Source: Calothrix sp. OTE_75_metabat_31 (GTDB taxonomy: Bacteria > Cyanobacteriota > Cyanobacteriia > Cyanobacteriales > Nostocaceae). From it: a DNA stretch of 60,356 nt. Under the pieces are notes generated by a model, which was not told where the DNA came from, ran no database searches, and saw nothing but the letters and a program-made list of their open reading frames with translations. Made by a program: the position numbers and the translations under genes. Below, one piece after another: positions 17,474 to 25,908 of the stretch. The DNA lies in the NCBI GenBank assembly GCA_031379725.1, contig JANNFJ010000380.1:1-60356 (forward strand). Reading direction: 5' to 3'. Position 1 is the first letter of the stretch; each line of letters begins with the position of its first letter.

Positions 17474-19096
17474 ATGGTGAGAATAGCCAACAACAAGCGA
17501 TTGAAAATTGCAAAAAGAAGCAAGGTTGACAAGCTACAGAAACCATTAAAGGTAGAAACTATCAACTCCCTAGACTTTTCATCAATTTCAGTCAAAGAGT
17601 TTCAACAACAAGATAACTCTCAAACGATGGCAACAGCAACTCCCTCTGGGGGTATCGCGCACCAAAATCCCATAACACAACCGCCTTTATTTCAAACAAC
17701 TGATGATGCTCCTGTAATGACTTCTCACCCTTATTTATCAGGAGCACAAGCTTGTTTGGGAAAAACTCTTTGGGATGATATTGAAGGTGTTCCTTGTTTT
17801 CGGCGCTTTTTTGGTCAAGGTTTTATCGAACATAATATCATTAAAGAAAATCCGGAGACCAACAGATTAGAACTTATCGCGGGGAATGCAGCTTGGGAGA
17901 TTATTCAGAAGTTTAAACCAGAAGTTGCTTATATGTTTTTAGTTTTTGCATCTTGTGCCACGGATTTAGAACAACCTTGGTCGGGTGCATTTACCATCAG
18001 AGGAACTGATTTAATTAAAACTTTTGGTTGGAATGATAGAACCGATTTAAGTTTAGGTAAAAAGTTAAAAAAACTCGGAATGCTTGCCCAGCAAGTCGCC
18101 CACCTGAGTATTACAATTAATAATCTTGATTTAAAACGGATGAAATATTCAGCCGAAATTCAAGCTATGTGGCAACTAAAGATTCAGTATGCAGGTCAAT
18201 TATCTTTAGTTTTAGAACATAATCATCCATCCAGAATTGACCATGAATTTGATGAGCCTACAGAGTTATTTCTCACAGTTGGTGCTAATGATTGGGTTAG
18301 ACCATTTCAGGATTTAGAGAATTACCGTTCCCTATATGAATACGGACTTTTAGCGAAAAGTACCTTACAAATTAACCCCTATCAAAATCCAATTGCTGCA
18401 AGGTTAGCAGTGTTGTTAACCATTATGAGCCGAATTAAAATTGATGGCGAATACAAGGTAGGAACATTATTAAAACGGATAGGATATCTTTCCGAAACAC
18501 AATTACAGGAGTTTCAGATAAAAAGTAATCGTTATAAAAAAAAGGAACTAATTGAACAGTGGAATAATGCCCTACTAACCCTACAAGATTTAGGTTGGCA
18601 GATTGATTTTGAACCAGTTACTTATCCAGAATCAATTCAACCAAATTGGGTATTACCAGAAGATAAAAATACAGAGGGACAGCGACGACCGAACAGGTGG
18701 CTAAATATCTGGTTGGAAGCCAAAGTAATTATTAAACCTACAGAAAAAATTCAGGAAAAGTTAGAAACAATTAACGCTCCTACCCTTCCAATTAGTAAGC
18801 TAAAATCTGACTCCGAGCCAAAGCTTAAAACTGTACTTACCGAAAGTGAACATTCGCATACTAGCGAGCAAAAAACCACAGCGCTAGAAAATAGCCAAAA
18901 ACTAATTCCTGGATGGGCTTTGGAAGAAGCTTTGAAGTTAAGGGGATGGACTAAATCCCATCTTGCAGAACAGTTGGGCTTGCAAAAATCGCTTCCTGGC
19001 AAGTGGATCAATGGCAGCCGTAAGATTCAACCCCTTCATTTAAAACGGCTTTGGGAGTGGTTAGCCCCAGAATTAAATCAAGTTATGAGCAAGTGA
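17474..19096 (+). CDS. Hypothetical 540-aa protein with a C-terminal XRE-like HTH; candidate replication/iteron-binding protein
   Basis: GGGGG lies upstream of ATG 17474. The C-terminus WALEEALKLRGWTKSHLAEQLGLQKSLPGKWINGSRKIQ is an HTH_XRE-like pattern. The gene lies immediately upstream of the iteron region. Confidence 0.55.
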   Translation: MVRIANNKRLKIAKRSKVDKLQKPLKVETINSLDFSSISVKEFQQQDNSQTMATATPSGGIAHQNPITQPPLFQTTDDAPVMTSHPYLSGAQACLGKTLWDDIEGVPCFRRFFGQGFIEHNIIKENPETNRLELIAGNAAWEIIQKFKPEVAYMFLVFASCATDLEQPWSGAFTIRGTDLIKTFGWNDRTDLSLGKKLKKLGMLAQQVAHLSITINNLDLKRMKYSAEIQAMWQLKIQYAGQLSLVLEHNHPSRIDHEFDEPTELFLTVGANDWVRPFQDLENYRSLYEYGLLAKSTLQINPYQNPIAARLAVLLTIMSRIKIDGEYKVGTLLKRIGYLSETQLQEFQIKSNRYKKKELIEQWNNALLTLQDLGWQIDFEPVTYPESIQPNWVLPEDKNTEGQRRPNRWLNIWLEAKVIIKPTEKIQEKLETINAPTLPISKLKSDSEPKLKTVLTESEHSHTSEQKTTALENSQKLIPGWALEEALKLRGWTKSHLAEQLGLQKSLPGKWINGSRKIQPLHLKRLWEWLAPELNQVMSK

Positions 19097-19295
19097 AATG
19101 CGATCGCGCTTTGCACGGCTCCCCTTGAGAGCATCGCCGTAAGGGGCGGGAGATTACACTCCCCCTCGACCTAACTCCCTACCCAGTTGTCTACTCCCCC
19201 TAAAATCGCCTCACGTTCTGTCTACTTCTCTAGAATCGGGTAATATTTTTCTTAACCTTTTGTTAAACCAATCCCTACATCTAAATTAAATCAAC

Positions 19296-19335
19296 AGCCC
19301 CAAACCGATGACAGTAAAAGGTTTGGGGCTTTTTC
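19296..19335 (+). terminator. Rho-independent terminator about 200 nt after the 540-aa gene
   Basis: 11-bp stem AGCCCCAAACC / GGTTTGGGGCT (19296-19306 / 19320-19330) followed by TTTTT. Confidence 0.6.
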
Positions 19336-19470
19336 TATGTTTACACGGCAAGCCATTCTCAATAAGCTAAACGCTGAAACCATTGATAAATCGTTTGTCT
19401 ACTCCGCTTATTGAGAATAATACCAGCCAAACGCATATCCCATATAGCTTAAACCGGGTAGACAAGTTTT

Positions 19471-19531
19471 TCTAGAATCCCCCTACGTTACCTATAGAAT
19501 CGACCTACGCAATCTATAGAATCCCCCTACG
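19471..19531. repeat. Three iteron-like direct repeats with 22-bp spacing (candidate oriV core)
   Basis: TCTAGAATCCCCCTACG at 19471, CTATAGAATCGACCTACG at 19492 and TCTATAGAATCCCCCTACG at 19513. A degenerate copy TCTAGAATCGGG is at 19229. GTCTAC/GTAGAC motifs are at about 19189, 19220, 19396, 19459 and 19574. The AT-rich tandem TAATTAAGT x2 lies at about 19583-19603. Confidence 0.55.
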
Positions 19532-19814
19532 CCTTTTTTTTGAAACCTTTGTGAGTCAATCGTTCCAGCTTGGTAGACAACTCTAATTAAGTTAATTAAG
19601 TTAAGCGACCTCGATTTTTAGGGGTCAAAAAAACGGCATGGTATGAAAAAAGATTGTTCCGTATCGGGATAGTCACAGTGAAAATTTCCATACGCAATGC
19701 AAGCGTATTTAGCATCCCCAACCAACCTCAACGAAAAAATAAGGAGCGATCGCTCCCTGTTTTATGTTCCATATCTGGACTATTGAGGTGTGCCAGCAAA
19801 GGGGGTGAGCGCGG

Positions 19815-22800
19815 ATGAACGACAATACCCTCTCCCCATACCCCAACGACCTCACAGAAGCCGAATACCGCGAACTAGCGGTACAAAGTGCCATCCACCC
19901 GGCGCTTATTGCATTAAATTTCCTTCACATTTCAGGGGAAGCAGCTTACGAGTACCTGTTTACTATCAATGTTCCCCGCAAAAACGCAGGTCGAGTCACA
20001 GATAGTTTTCTCAAACGCTACAAACATGTTGAATTGGGCGGTTTGTGGATTAGTGGGTTAGACCCCCTCAATAACTGGCAGCCGATGGAATGGGGACGGT
20101 TCAAACCGACTTATCCCCGCACCAACGAAAACGGCAAATCCGTCAAATATGAATCCCAACCAGCAACCCCGAACCGCGTCACCTACTTCGATATCCCCCC
20201 GTACATTTGGGACTTAGTGGCACAACGATACAGCATCAAGCGCTACCATTCATCCCTAGCACTACGGCTGCAAGACAGGATGCACCCCTTAGAATTTTGG
20301 GAGTGGGTACAGAAACACCCAGAAATCCCCGTGATTCTGTGCGAAGGGGAAAAGAAAGCAGCCTGCTTGTTAAGTTTGGGGTTCGTTGCGATCGCACTGC
20401 CTGGAATTTGGAACGGACGGGTTGGCAAAAAAGACTTTGATGAACGCCTCCATCCCGATTTACTGCCTTTAGCACAAAAGGGGCGTAAATTTATCATCCT
20501 CTTCGACTACGAAACCAAACCAAGCACTCGCTGGTCGGTCTTCCAAGCAACCCTTCGTACAGGAAAAGCGATAGAAGCGGCTGGATGCGCCTGCGAGGTG
20601 GCTGTACTCCCCGGAATGGAGAAAGGGGTAGATGACTTCGTTGTTGCCCGTGGAAAGGATGCTAACGCCGCGCTAACGGCAATCATTGATGACGCAAGGA
20701 ACCTTAAGGATTATCATCAATCATTTTTCCAAAAACGCAGGGGGTTATCCTCTAGGCATCCGGCGAATGTTACCATCAATGCCAAATACCTCACCCAAGC
20801 ACTTGGGTTTGAAAGTCTTGATGAAGAACTTTTCGGTAAGCTAGTAATAGGTTCCGATGTTAACCAACAACTACCTCCATTCCCGACTCCCGCAAAGCCC
20901 AAATTCATGCTGCCATCCTCCGGATTAGTAGCACTGTGTAGCGATATGGGGACGGGAAAAACCGAATTGCTGGCAAAATGGAGAGAACAAAATCCTAATG
21001 TCAAATTCCTCAACACTGGGCATAGAGTTAATTTACTCAAAAATCTAGCCAATCGTCTGCAAACAGCAGTTTACTCCTCATTGAAACAGGGAGAATTAGC
21101 AACAGTTGCAGCGTTAAGCATTACCATCGACAGTTTACACAAACTCAACACTCAGTATCTTCAGTATGGATGTGTCTTCATTGACGAGGCATGTCAGTAC
21201 CTTACACACCTATTATTGAGTAAAACCTGTAAGGAACACCGGGGTCAAATTCTCGAAGTACTTGAATATATTGTGTATAACGCACAACTGGTAGTTATCG
21301 CCGATGCCCATATGGACGATATCACGGTGGATTTCTTCATGGCAATGCGTCCAGCGTTGGAGAAACCCTACATAGTCCTGAACGAGTTTAAAAATGGTGG
21401 TCGCAATATTTACTGGTACGAGGGCGATAATTCTTCTGCTCTCGTTGCCAATATATCAGCAGCGATACTGAGTCGAAAAAAAGTCATGGTCGTCTCTGAT
21501 TCCAAAAAATTCATCAAAAAGTACGAATATTCACTCCAATTACAAGGAATAAGCTGCAATATATCAGACAGTACAGAATTAGAATCATCAGGGGAAATTG
21601 GGTCAGAATCCGGCAACCAAACCCAGTCATACAATCTTTACAGCGGGCATTCCCCTGTAAAGGTGTGGTCTATCCACTCAGACAATTCGGGTAGCGATGA
21701 AAACATTGCATTTATTAAGGACATCACCAACGAAGTCAAAAATATTGATGTTCTCCTGACTTCGCCGAGTTTAGGCACTGGGGTTGATATTCCTGAGTAT
21801 CATTTCGATGAGGTATTTGGAGTCTTCCACGGAGTATCGCAAACCGCCACCGAATGCAGTCAACAATTATACAGATATCGCCCAATAGTACCGATTCACG
21901 TCTGGGTAGCACCGCGACCACCGTTTGGTTATAAGGAAACCAATGCCACCAAAATCAAAAAAAGGCTGCTAGAAACCAATGAAATAAATGCGTTCCTCAT
22001 CAAAATTGACAGGGAAACCGGGAAACGTGGAGTCGAAAAGGATTGGGCACTCGATGCTTACTGCCAACTGTTGGCTTGTCGTCACCAATCCATCAACAAT
22101 TTACGGGCAGATTTACAAGATTTGCTGGTAAATATGGGCAACACAATTATCCCAATGGGTGATTCTGAGAATGAGGCAGTTAATGCCATGCTTAAAGCCG
22201 TAGCAGGAGCATTGGATGCAGCCCACTATGAAGCAGTTGCCCAAGCGTCGGATATTAGCGATAGGGAATATTGCTTGAGCAAAAGCAAAGATTACCTTAG
22301 CCCAGAAGAAGTATTCGAGTGCGAGAAATATCGCATCAAAGATTCCTACGGGATGCCCGTGACAGATGCTTTGGTGGAGAAAGACGACGGTGGAAGGTTA
22401 ATTAAGGCAATAACTTGCCTTGAAGGACTACTTGCCGATACCGACGAAACGGTTATCGACCCCAATACGGGAAAACAATACCCGTTACCACCTGAGATAG
22501 TCGCTCAAAGGGATCTGACTGAAAGATTGAACCTACCACTATGTTTTGATTGGAAAAATCATTCAGCTGCTTGGTTGGCAAGATATCGCCTTGGATTATC
22601 CCATATTTTACGACGATTAATAAATGGGGAAGAAATAACTGCGGCTGACCCCGTATTACCGCAAATGATGACTATTGCCAAACAATACGCACCCTACCTA
22701 AAGGCGATACTTGGGTTTACGATACCCCAAAACTGCGAACCAATTTGGTTACTGGGGACTTTACTCGGTCAATTGGGGTTAAAGCTAACATCGCGCAAAG

Positions 22801-23318
22801 TTGGCCCCAGGGGCAAGCAAGTTAAATACTTCTCCCTCGCAGTTGCTGAATGGGAGTTTGCAACTGCGGTTTTATCTCATCGCGCTGCCAAACGTGCCCA
22901 AAAAGAGGAACGTACAAGGCAGCGGATTGAAGAACAAGCAAAATATCGGGCTGGAATCCAAGCACAGTATGGGGTTGCGCCACCAAAGACTCCGGTATCC
23001 ACACCCCCCCCCAATTGTATAGGGGAACCCCCATTAGGAGGGGGGGATACAACCAACAATTCATCCCAAGAATCTGAGGTGGGTGAAGGTTGGGAACCCA
23101 ATGACGGCGATAGTACCCCCATCCGGGTGACTCTACTACAACTTCTTGCGGCGATTGGGAATGGAGTCGAGGCAGTAAAAACCATATTCAGCCAATGGAC
23201 TACCCAGCGGCGATGGTGTGTGTTGCAACTTCTTGAGGATATTGCGGCTAACGAATTACGCAAGCTCGAACTTTTGATACCAGACTTTTATGTTTGGTTC
23301 AGTCAATTGCCCGACTAA
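19815..23318 (+). CDS. Plasmid replication protein, CyRepA-like (DUF3854/Toprim-like N-domain + P-loop helicase domain)
   Basis: PVILCEGEKKAACLLSLGFVAIALPGIWNG is Toprim/DUF3854-like. Walker A is CSDMGTGKTE and Walker B is CVFIDEACQY. 1167 aa, located downstream of the iterons. Confidence 0.7.
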   Translation: MNDNTLSPYPNDLTEAEYRELAVQSAIHPALIALNFLHISGEAAYEYLFTINVPRKNAGRVTDSFLKRYKHVELGGLWISGLDPLNNWQPMEWGRFKPTYPRTNENGKSVKYESQPATPNRVTYFDIPPYIWDLVAQRYSIKRYHSSLALRLQDRMHPLEFWEWVQKHPEIPVILCEGEKKAACLLSLGFVAIALPGIWNGRVGKKDFDERLHPDLLPLAQKGRKFIILFDYETKPSTRWSVFQATLRTGKAIEAAGCACEVAVLPGMEKGVDDFVVARGKDANAALTAIIDDARNLKDYHQSFFQKRRGLSSRHPANVTINAKYLTQALGFESLDEELFGKLVIGSDVNQQLPPFPTPAKPKFMLPSSGLVALCSDMGTGKTELLAKWREQNPNVKFLNTGHRVNLLKNLANRLQTAVYSSLKQGELATVAALSITIDSLHKLNTQYLQYGCVFIDEACQYLTHLLLSKTCKEHRGQILEVLEYIVYNAQLVVIADAHMDDITVDFFMAMRPALEKPYIVLNEFKNGGRNIYWYEGDNSSALVANISAAILSRKKVMVVSDSKKFIKKYEYSLQLQGISCNISDSTELESSGEIGSESGNQTQSYNLYSGHSPVKVWSIHSDNSGSDENIAFIKDITNEVKNIDVLLTSPSLGTGVDIPEYHFDEVFGVFHGVSQTATECSQQLYRYRPIVPIHVWVAPRPPFGYKETNATKIKKRLLETNEINAFLIKIDRETGKRGVEKDWALDAYCQLLACRHQSINNLRADLQDLLVNMGNTIIPMGDSENEAVNAMLKAVAGALDAAHYEAVAQASDISDREYCLSKSKDYLSPEEVFECEKYRIKDSYGMPVTDALVEKDDGGRLIKAITCLEGLLADTDETVIDPNTGKQYPLPPEIVAQRDLTERLNLPLCFDWKNHSAAWLARYRLGLSHILRRLINGEEITAADPVLPQMMTIAKQYAPYLKAILGFTIPQNCEPIWLLGTLLGQLGLKLTSRKVGPRGKQVKYFSLAVAEWEFATAVLSHRAAKRAQKEERTRQRIEEQAKYRAGIQAQYGVAPPKTPVSTPPPNCIGEPPLGGGDTTNNSSQESEVGEGWEPNDGDSTPIRVTLLQLLAAIGNGVEAVKTIFSQWTTQRRWCVLQLLEDIAANELRKLELLIPDFYVWFSQLPD

Positions 23319-23549
23319 TCGATAAAATTACCGCACAATTCGGGTGGACGACGCTAATCGCATGATTGGCGCTATTGATAGATGCGCTTAAAAATCTAGA
23401 CTTTGTATAAAAGCCGTGGTAATTGCCAACGCGCTTTACTGATGCTGTCAATTCCTCGCCCCGACGACAAACCAAAATAGAGGATAAAAAAGCGATAATT
23501 GGTATACACCACTATATAAGTTAGTATATGCTTTACCAAAACCAACAAT

Positions 23550-23786
23550 ATGAGCAGTAACCTTTTACAACGCATTACCTATAATCCTGACATTTGCCAC
23601 GGCAAACCTTGTATTAGGGGACTTCGTTATCCTGTAGAATTGATTCTCGAATTACTTGGCTCTGGTATGACAATGGATGAAATTTTAGCAGATTATGACG
23701 ATTTAGAGCGGGAAGATATTCTCGCTGCTCTGCAATTTGCCGTTCGTCTCACCCAAGTGAAAAGCATATATAAAATTGCTTCATGA
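23550..23786 (+). CDS. DUF433-family antitoxin-like protein
   Basis: ITYNPDICHGKPCIRGLRYPVELILELLGSGMTMDEILADY is the DUF433 signature as I know it. ATGA overlap with the next gene. Confidence 0.75.
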   Translation: MSSNLLQRITYNPDICHGKPCIRGLRYPVELILELLGSGMTMDEILADYDDLEREDILAALQFAVRLTQVKSIYKIAS

Positions 23787-24136
23787 AATTTATTGTTGAT
23801 GCTCAATTACCTGTTCGGCTCGCTCGATTCCTCGGATCTGCGGGTTACGACACAATCCATACAAAAGATTTACCTGATAAAAATGCTACATCAGATACAG
23901 AAATTAATGCTGTATCAATACGGGATGAGCGTATAGTAATTACCAAGGATTCTGATTTTTTAAATTCTTTTTTAACGATTAAAGAGCCTTACAAATTACT
24001 ACTTGTTACAACAGGTAATATTAATAACTTAGAGTTAGAAGAATTATTCGCAGCTAACTTGCAATCCTTGGTGGAATTATTTAATAGTCACGACTATATT
24101 GAAATGACTCGTGATTCAATCATTGTTCACTTGTAA
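23783..24136 (+). CDS. DUF5615-family (PIN-like) toxin-like protein
   Basis: MKFIVDAQLPVRLARFL...IVITKDSDF is typical of the DUF5615 partners of DUF433. Confidence 0.7.
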   Translation: MKFIVDAQLPVRLARFLGSAGYDTIHTKDLPDKNATSDTEINAVSIRDERIVITKDSDFLNSFLTIKEPYKLLLVTTGNINNLELEELFAANLQSLVELFNSHDYIEMTRDSIIVHL

Positions 24137-24198
24137 GTCAAAGTTATATCCCAATGTAACTCTCCTTGCATTTCGTTCAATACTCGTTACATATTTCA

Positions 24199-24420
24199 TT
24201 ATTCAGTTATTGGTAGATAGATTTGCTGCAATTCTGATACCGAAGTAACAGTTTTTATTCCATCTCGTATTGCTCTTAATTGTTCAATGTTATCAATTTG
24301 AGATATTTCTGATATTAGAGATAATGCAGAAGTGCCAAATTTTATTTCCAAACCTAACTCAATTGCCTGCAATAACTCTTCCTTTCTTGCATTTCGTTCA
24401 ATACTCGTTACATATCTCAT
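24199..24420 (-). CDS. Stand-alone DUF4351-like module, a tandem duplicate of the C-terminus of the upstream Rpn-family gene
   Basis: The 73-aa product MRYVTSIERNARKEELLQAIELGLEIKFG... parallels residues MKYVTSIERNARKESLLEGIEVGLSVKFG... of the 322-aa protein. TAATG junctions are at 24420 and 24199. Confidence 0.5.
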   Translation of the reverse strand: MRYVTSIERNARKEELLQAIELGLEIKFGTSALSLISEISQIDNIEQLRAIRDGIKTVTSVSELQQIYLPITE

Positions 24421-25388
24421 TATTCATCTGTTGGTTGATAGATTTGCTGTAATTGTGATACCGAAGTAACAGTTTTTATTCCTTCTAAAATTTTTCTTAA
24501 TTCTTGAATATCTTCGATTTGGGAAATATCCGATAGTAAGCTTAATCCTTCGCTACCGAATTTGACTGATAGACCGACTTCAATTCCTTCTAACAATGAT
24601 TCTTTTCTTGCATTTCGCTCAATAGAAGTGACATACTTCATACTTTGCCTAGCCTCCAATTGTTGTACTTCTTTGTCAAATTCTGCTTCTAAGTCAGATG
24701 GTAACGTCAACATCCAGTCAATAAAAGCGAATAAATTGATAATATCTTGCTTTTTAAACCCCTGCTGGTACAATCGCTGCACCAAAGCCAGTTTTTGTAC
24801 TTTACGCTCGTTACGGTCGCTACGGGTATTCATTGCAGCCAAGTGTGCCATCACTACCGTAGCAAAGGGGTTGCCATCGGTTTCAAGTTCAGATAACTTT
24901 TGCTGATAATCTAGCAATTTTACGATCGGAAATTGAAAATTCAACGTACACCCGAATAAACTGTAACCAAATTGCGATGGTTTCCAATTTGAGTTGTCAT
25001 CACCGAGGATTGCGAGCGAAGCTACCGACTTTTTATATCTATCGTAGATGCGATAGTTATAAGTATACATCCTTGGCGCAAAGTCGGATTCTTCCTGAGA
25101 CTGCACCTCGACATGCACAAGTATCCATTGTTCTTCACCATTATTTAAGTACAATTTAACCAGTTTGTCAGCGAAACGGCGACCAATTTCTGCGTCCTTA
25201 GTTACTTCTTCAAGTTCTTTATCCAAAAAATCGATTTTTTTAGTCCAATCGATTTCGTCGTGTGCCGTAGGGAAAAAGAATTGCATAAACTCTTTAAAAT
25301 TAGTTTGTAAAATATCTTTCCACGGGGAATCGTATTGGGTTGGTGGGTTTTTTGGTTTAGAAACGTTTGTATCGTTATTATCGGTCAT
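24420..25388 (-). CDS. Rpn-family recombination-promoting nuclease / putative transposase (PD-(D/E)XK) with a C-terminal DUF4351 module
   Basis: YDSPWKDILQTNFKEFMQFFFPTAHDEIDW...LDKELEEV...WILVHVEVQSQ...YNYRIYDRY...VASLAILGD matches the cyanobacterial Rpn/YhgA-like pattern. Confidence 0.7.
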   Translation of the reverse strand: MTDNNDTNVSKPKNPPTQYDSPWKDILQTNFKEFMQFFFPTAHDEIDWTKKIDFLDKELEEVTKDAEIGRRFADKLVKLYLNNGEEQWILVHVEVQSQEESDFAPRMYTYNYRIYDRYKKSVASLAILGDDNSNWKPSQFGYSLFGCTLNFQFPIVKLLDYQQKLSELETDGNPFATVVMAHLAAMNTRSDRNERKVQKLALVQRLYQQGFKKQDIINLFAFIDWMLTLPSDLEAEFDKEVQQLEARQSMKYVTSIERNARKESLLEGIEVGLSVKFGSEGLSLLSDISQIEDIQELRKILEGIKTVTSVSQLQQIYQPTDE

Positions 25389-25908
25389 TGTCGTAAATAA
25401 TTATATTCTTGAGATGCACTCAAATATACGATTAAATAGCAGCACAGTATTTAAACCTGTTACAAATTGTCGGAATTTTAAATAATCATTATTGTTTCGG
25501 TATACAATTTGCAGCATCAATATATGATACAGAATTAATATTTTGTAACTAATGGTTTTCAAGTTAACTTGCAACCACTTTTACATTTCTTTATAATACT
25601 CTTCGCGCCTAATTGCGGCGCGATGAATCATCGTAATCGTGTAGTTGAGAAAACAAAAATATCTTTTATAAATAAGGTATGTCACTCTGCGAATAAATAA
25701 TATACTTCCGTCCGGACGGTGCGTGTTTGCAAGCATCGGGGCGCTTTGATTGCACTATTCTTGGCGCTCAATCATCTGACTGCCTATAACGTTATAGGTT
25801 TTTAATCAAAGCAATGTAATTGTAGAACGGTGTTAAAAGAAACCTGTTTTTACCGACCGATAGGGAGGTAAAAATAGGTAGTTTGAGGGGATAGTGGGCA
25901 ACACGACT

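Noticed and set aside
25783-25798. Perfect 16-bp palindrome CCTATAACGTTATAGG followed by TTTTT. Considered as a terminator.
   Set aside because: The T-run is on the + strand, but no + strand gene lies upstream. On the minus strand, downstream of the mob gene, no T-run follows. The function is unclear, so it is not called as a feature.
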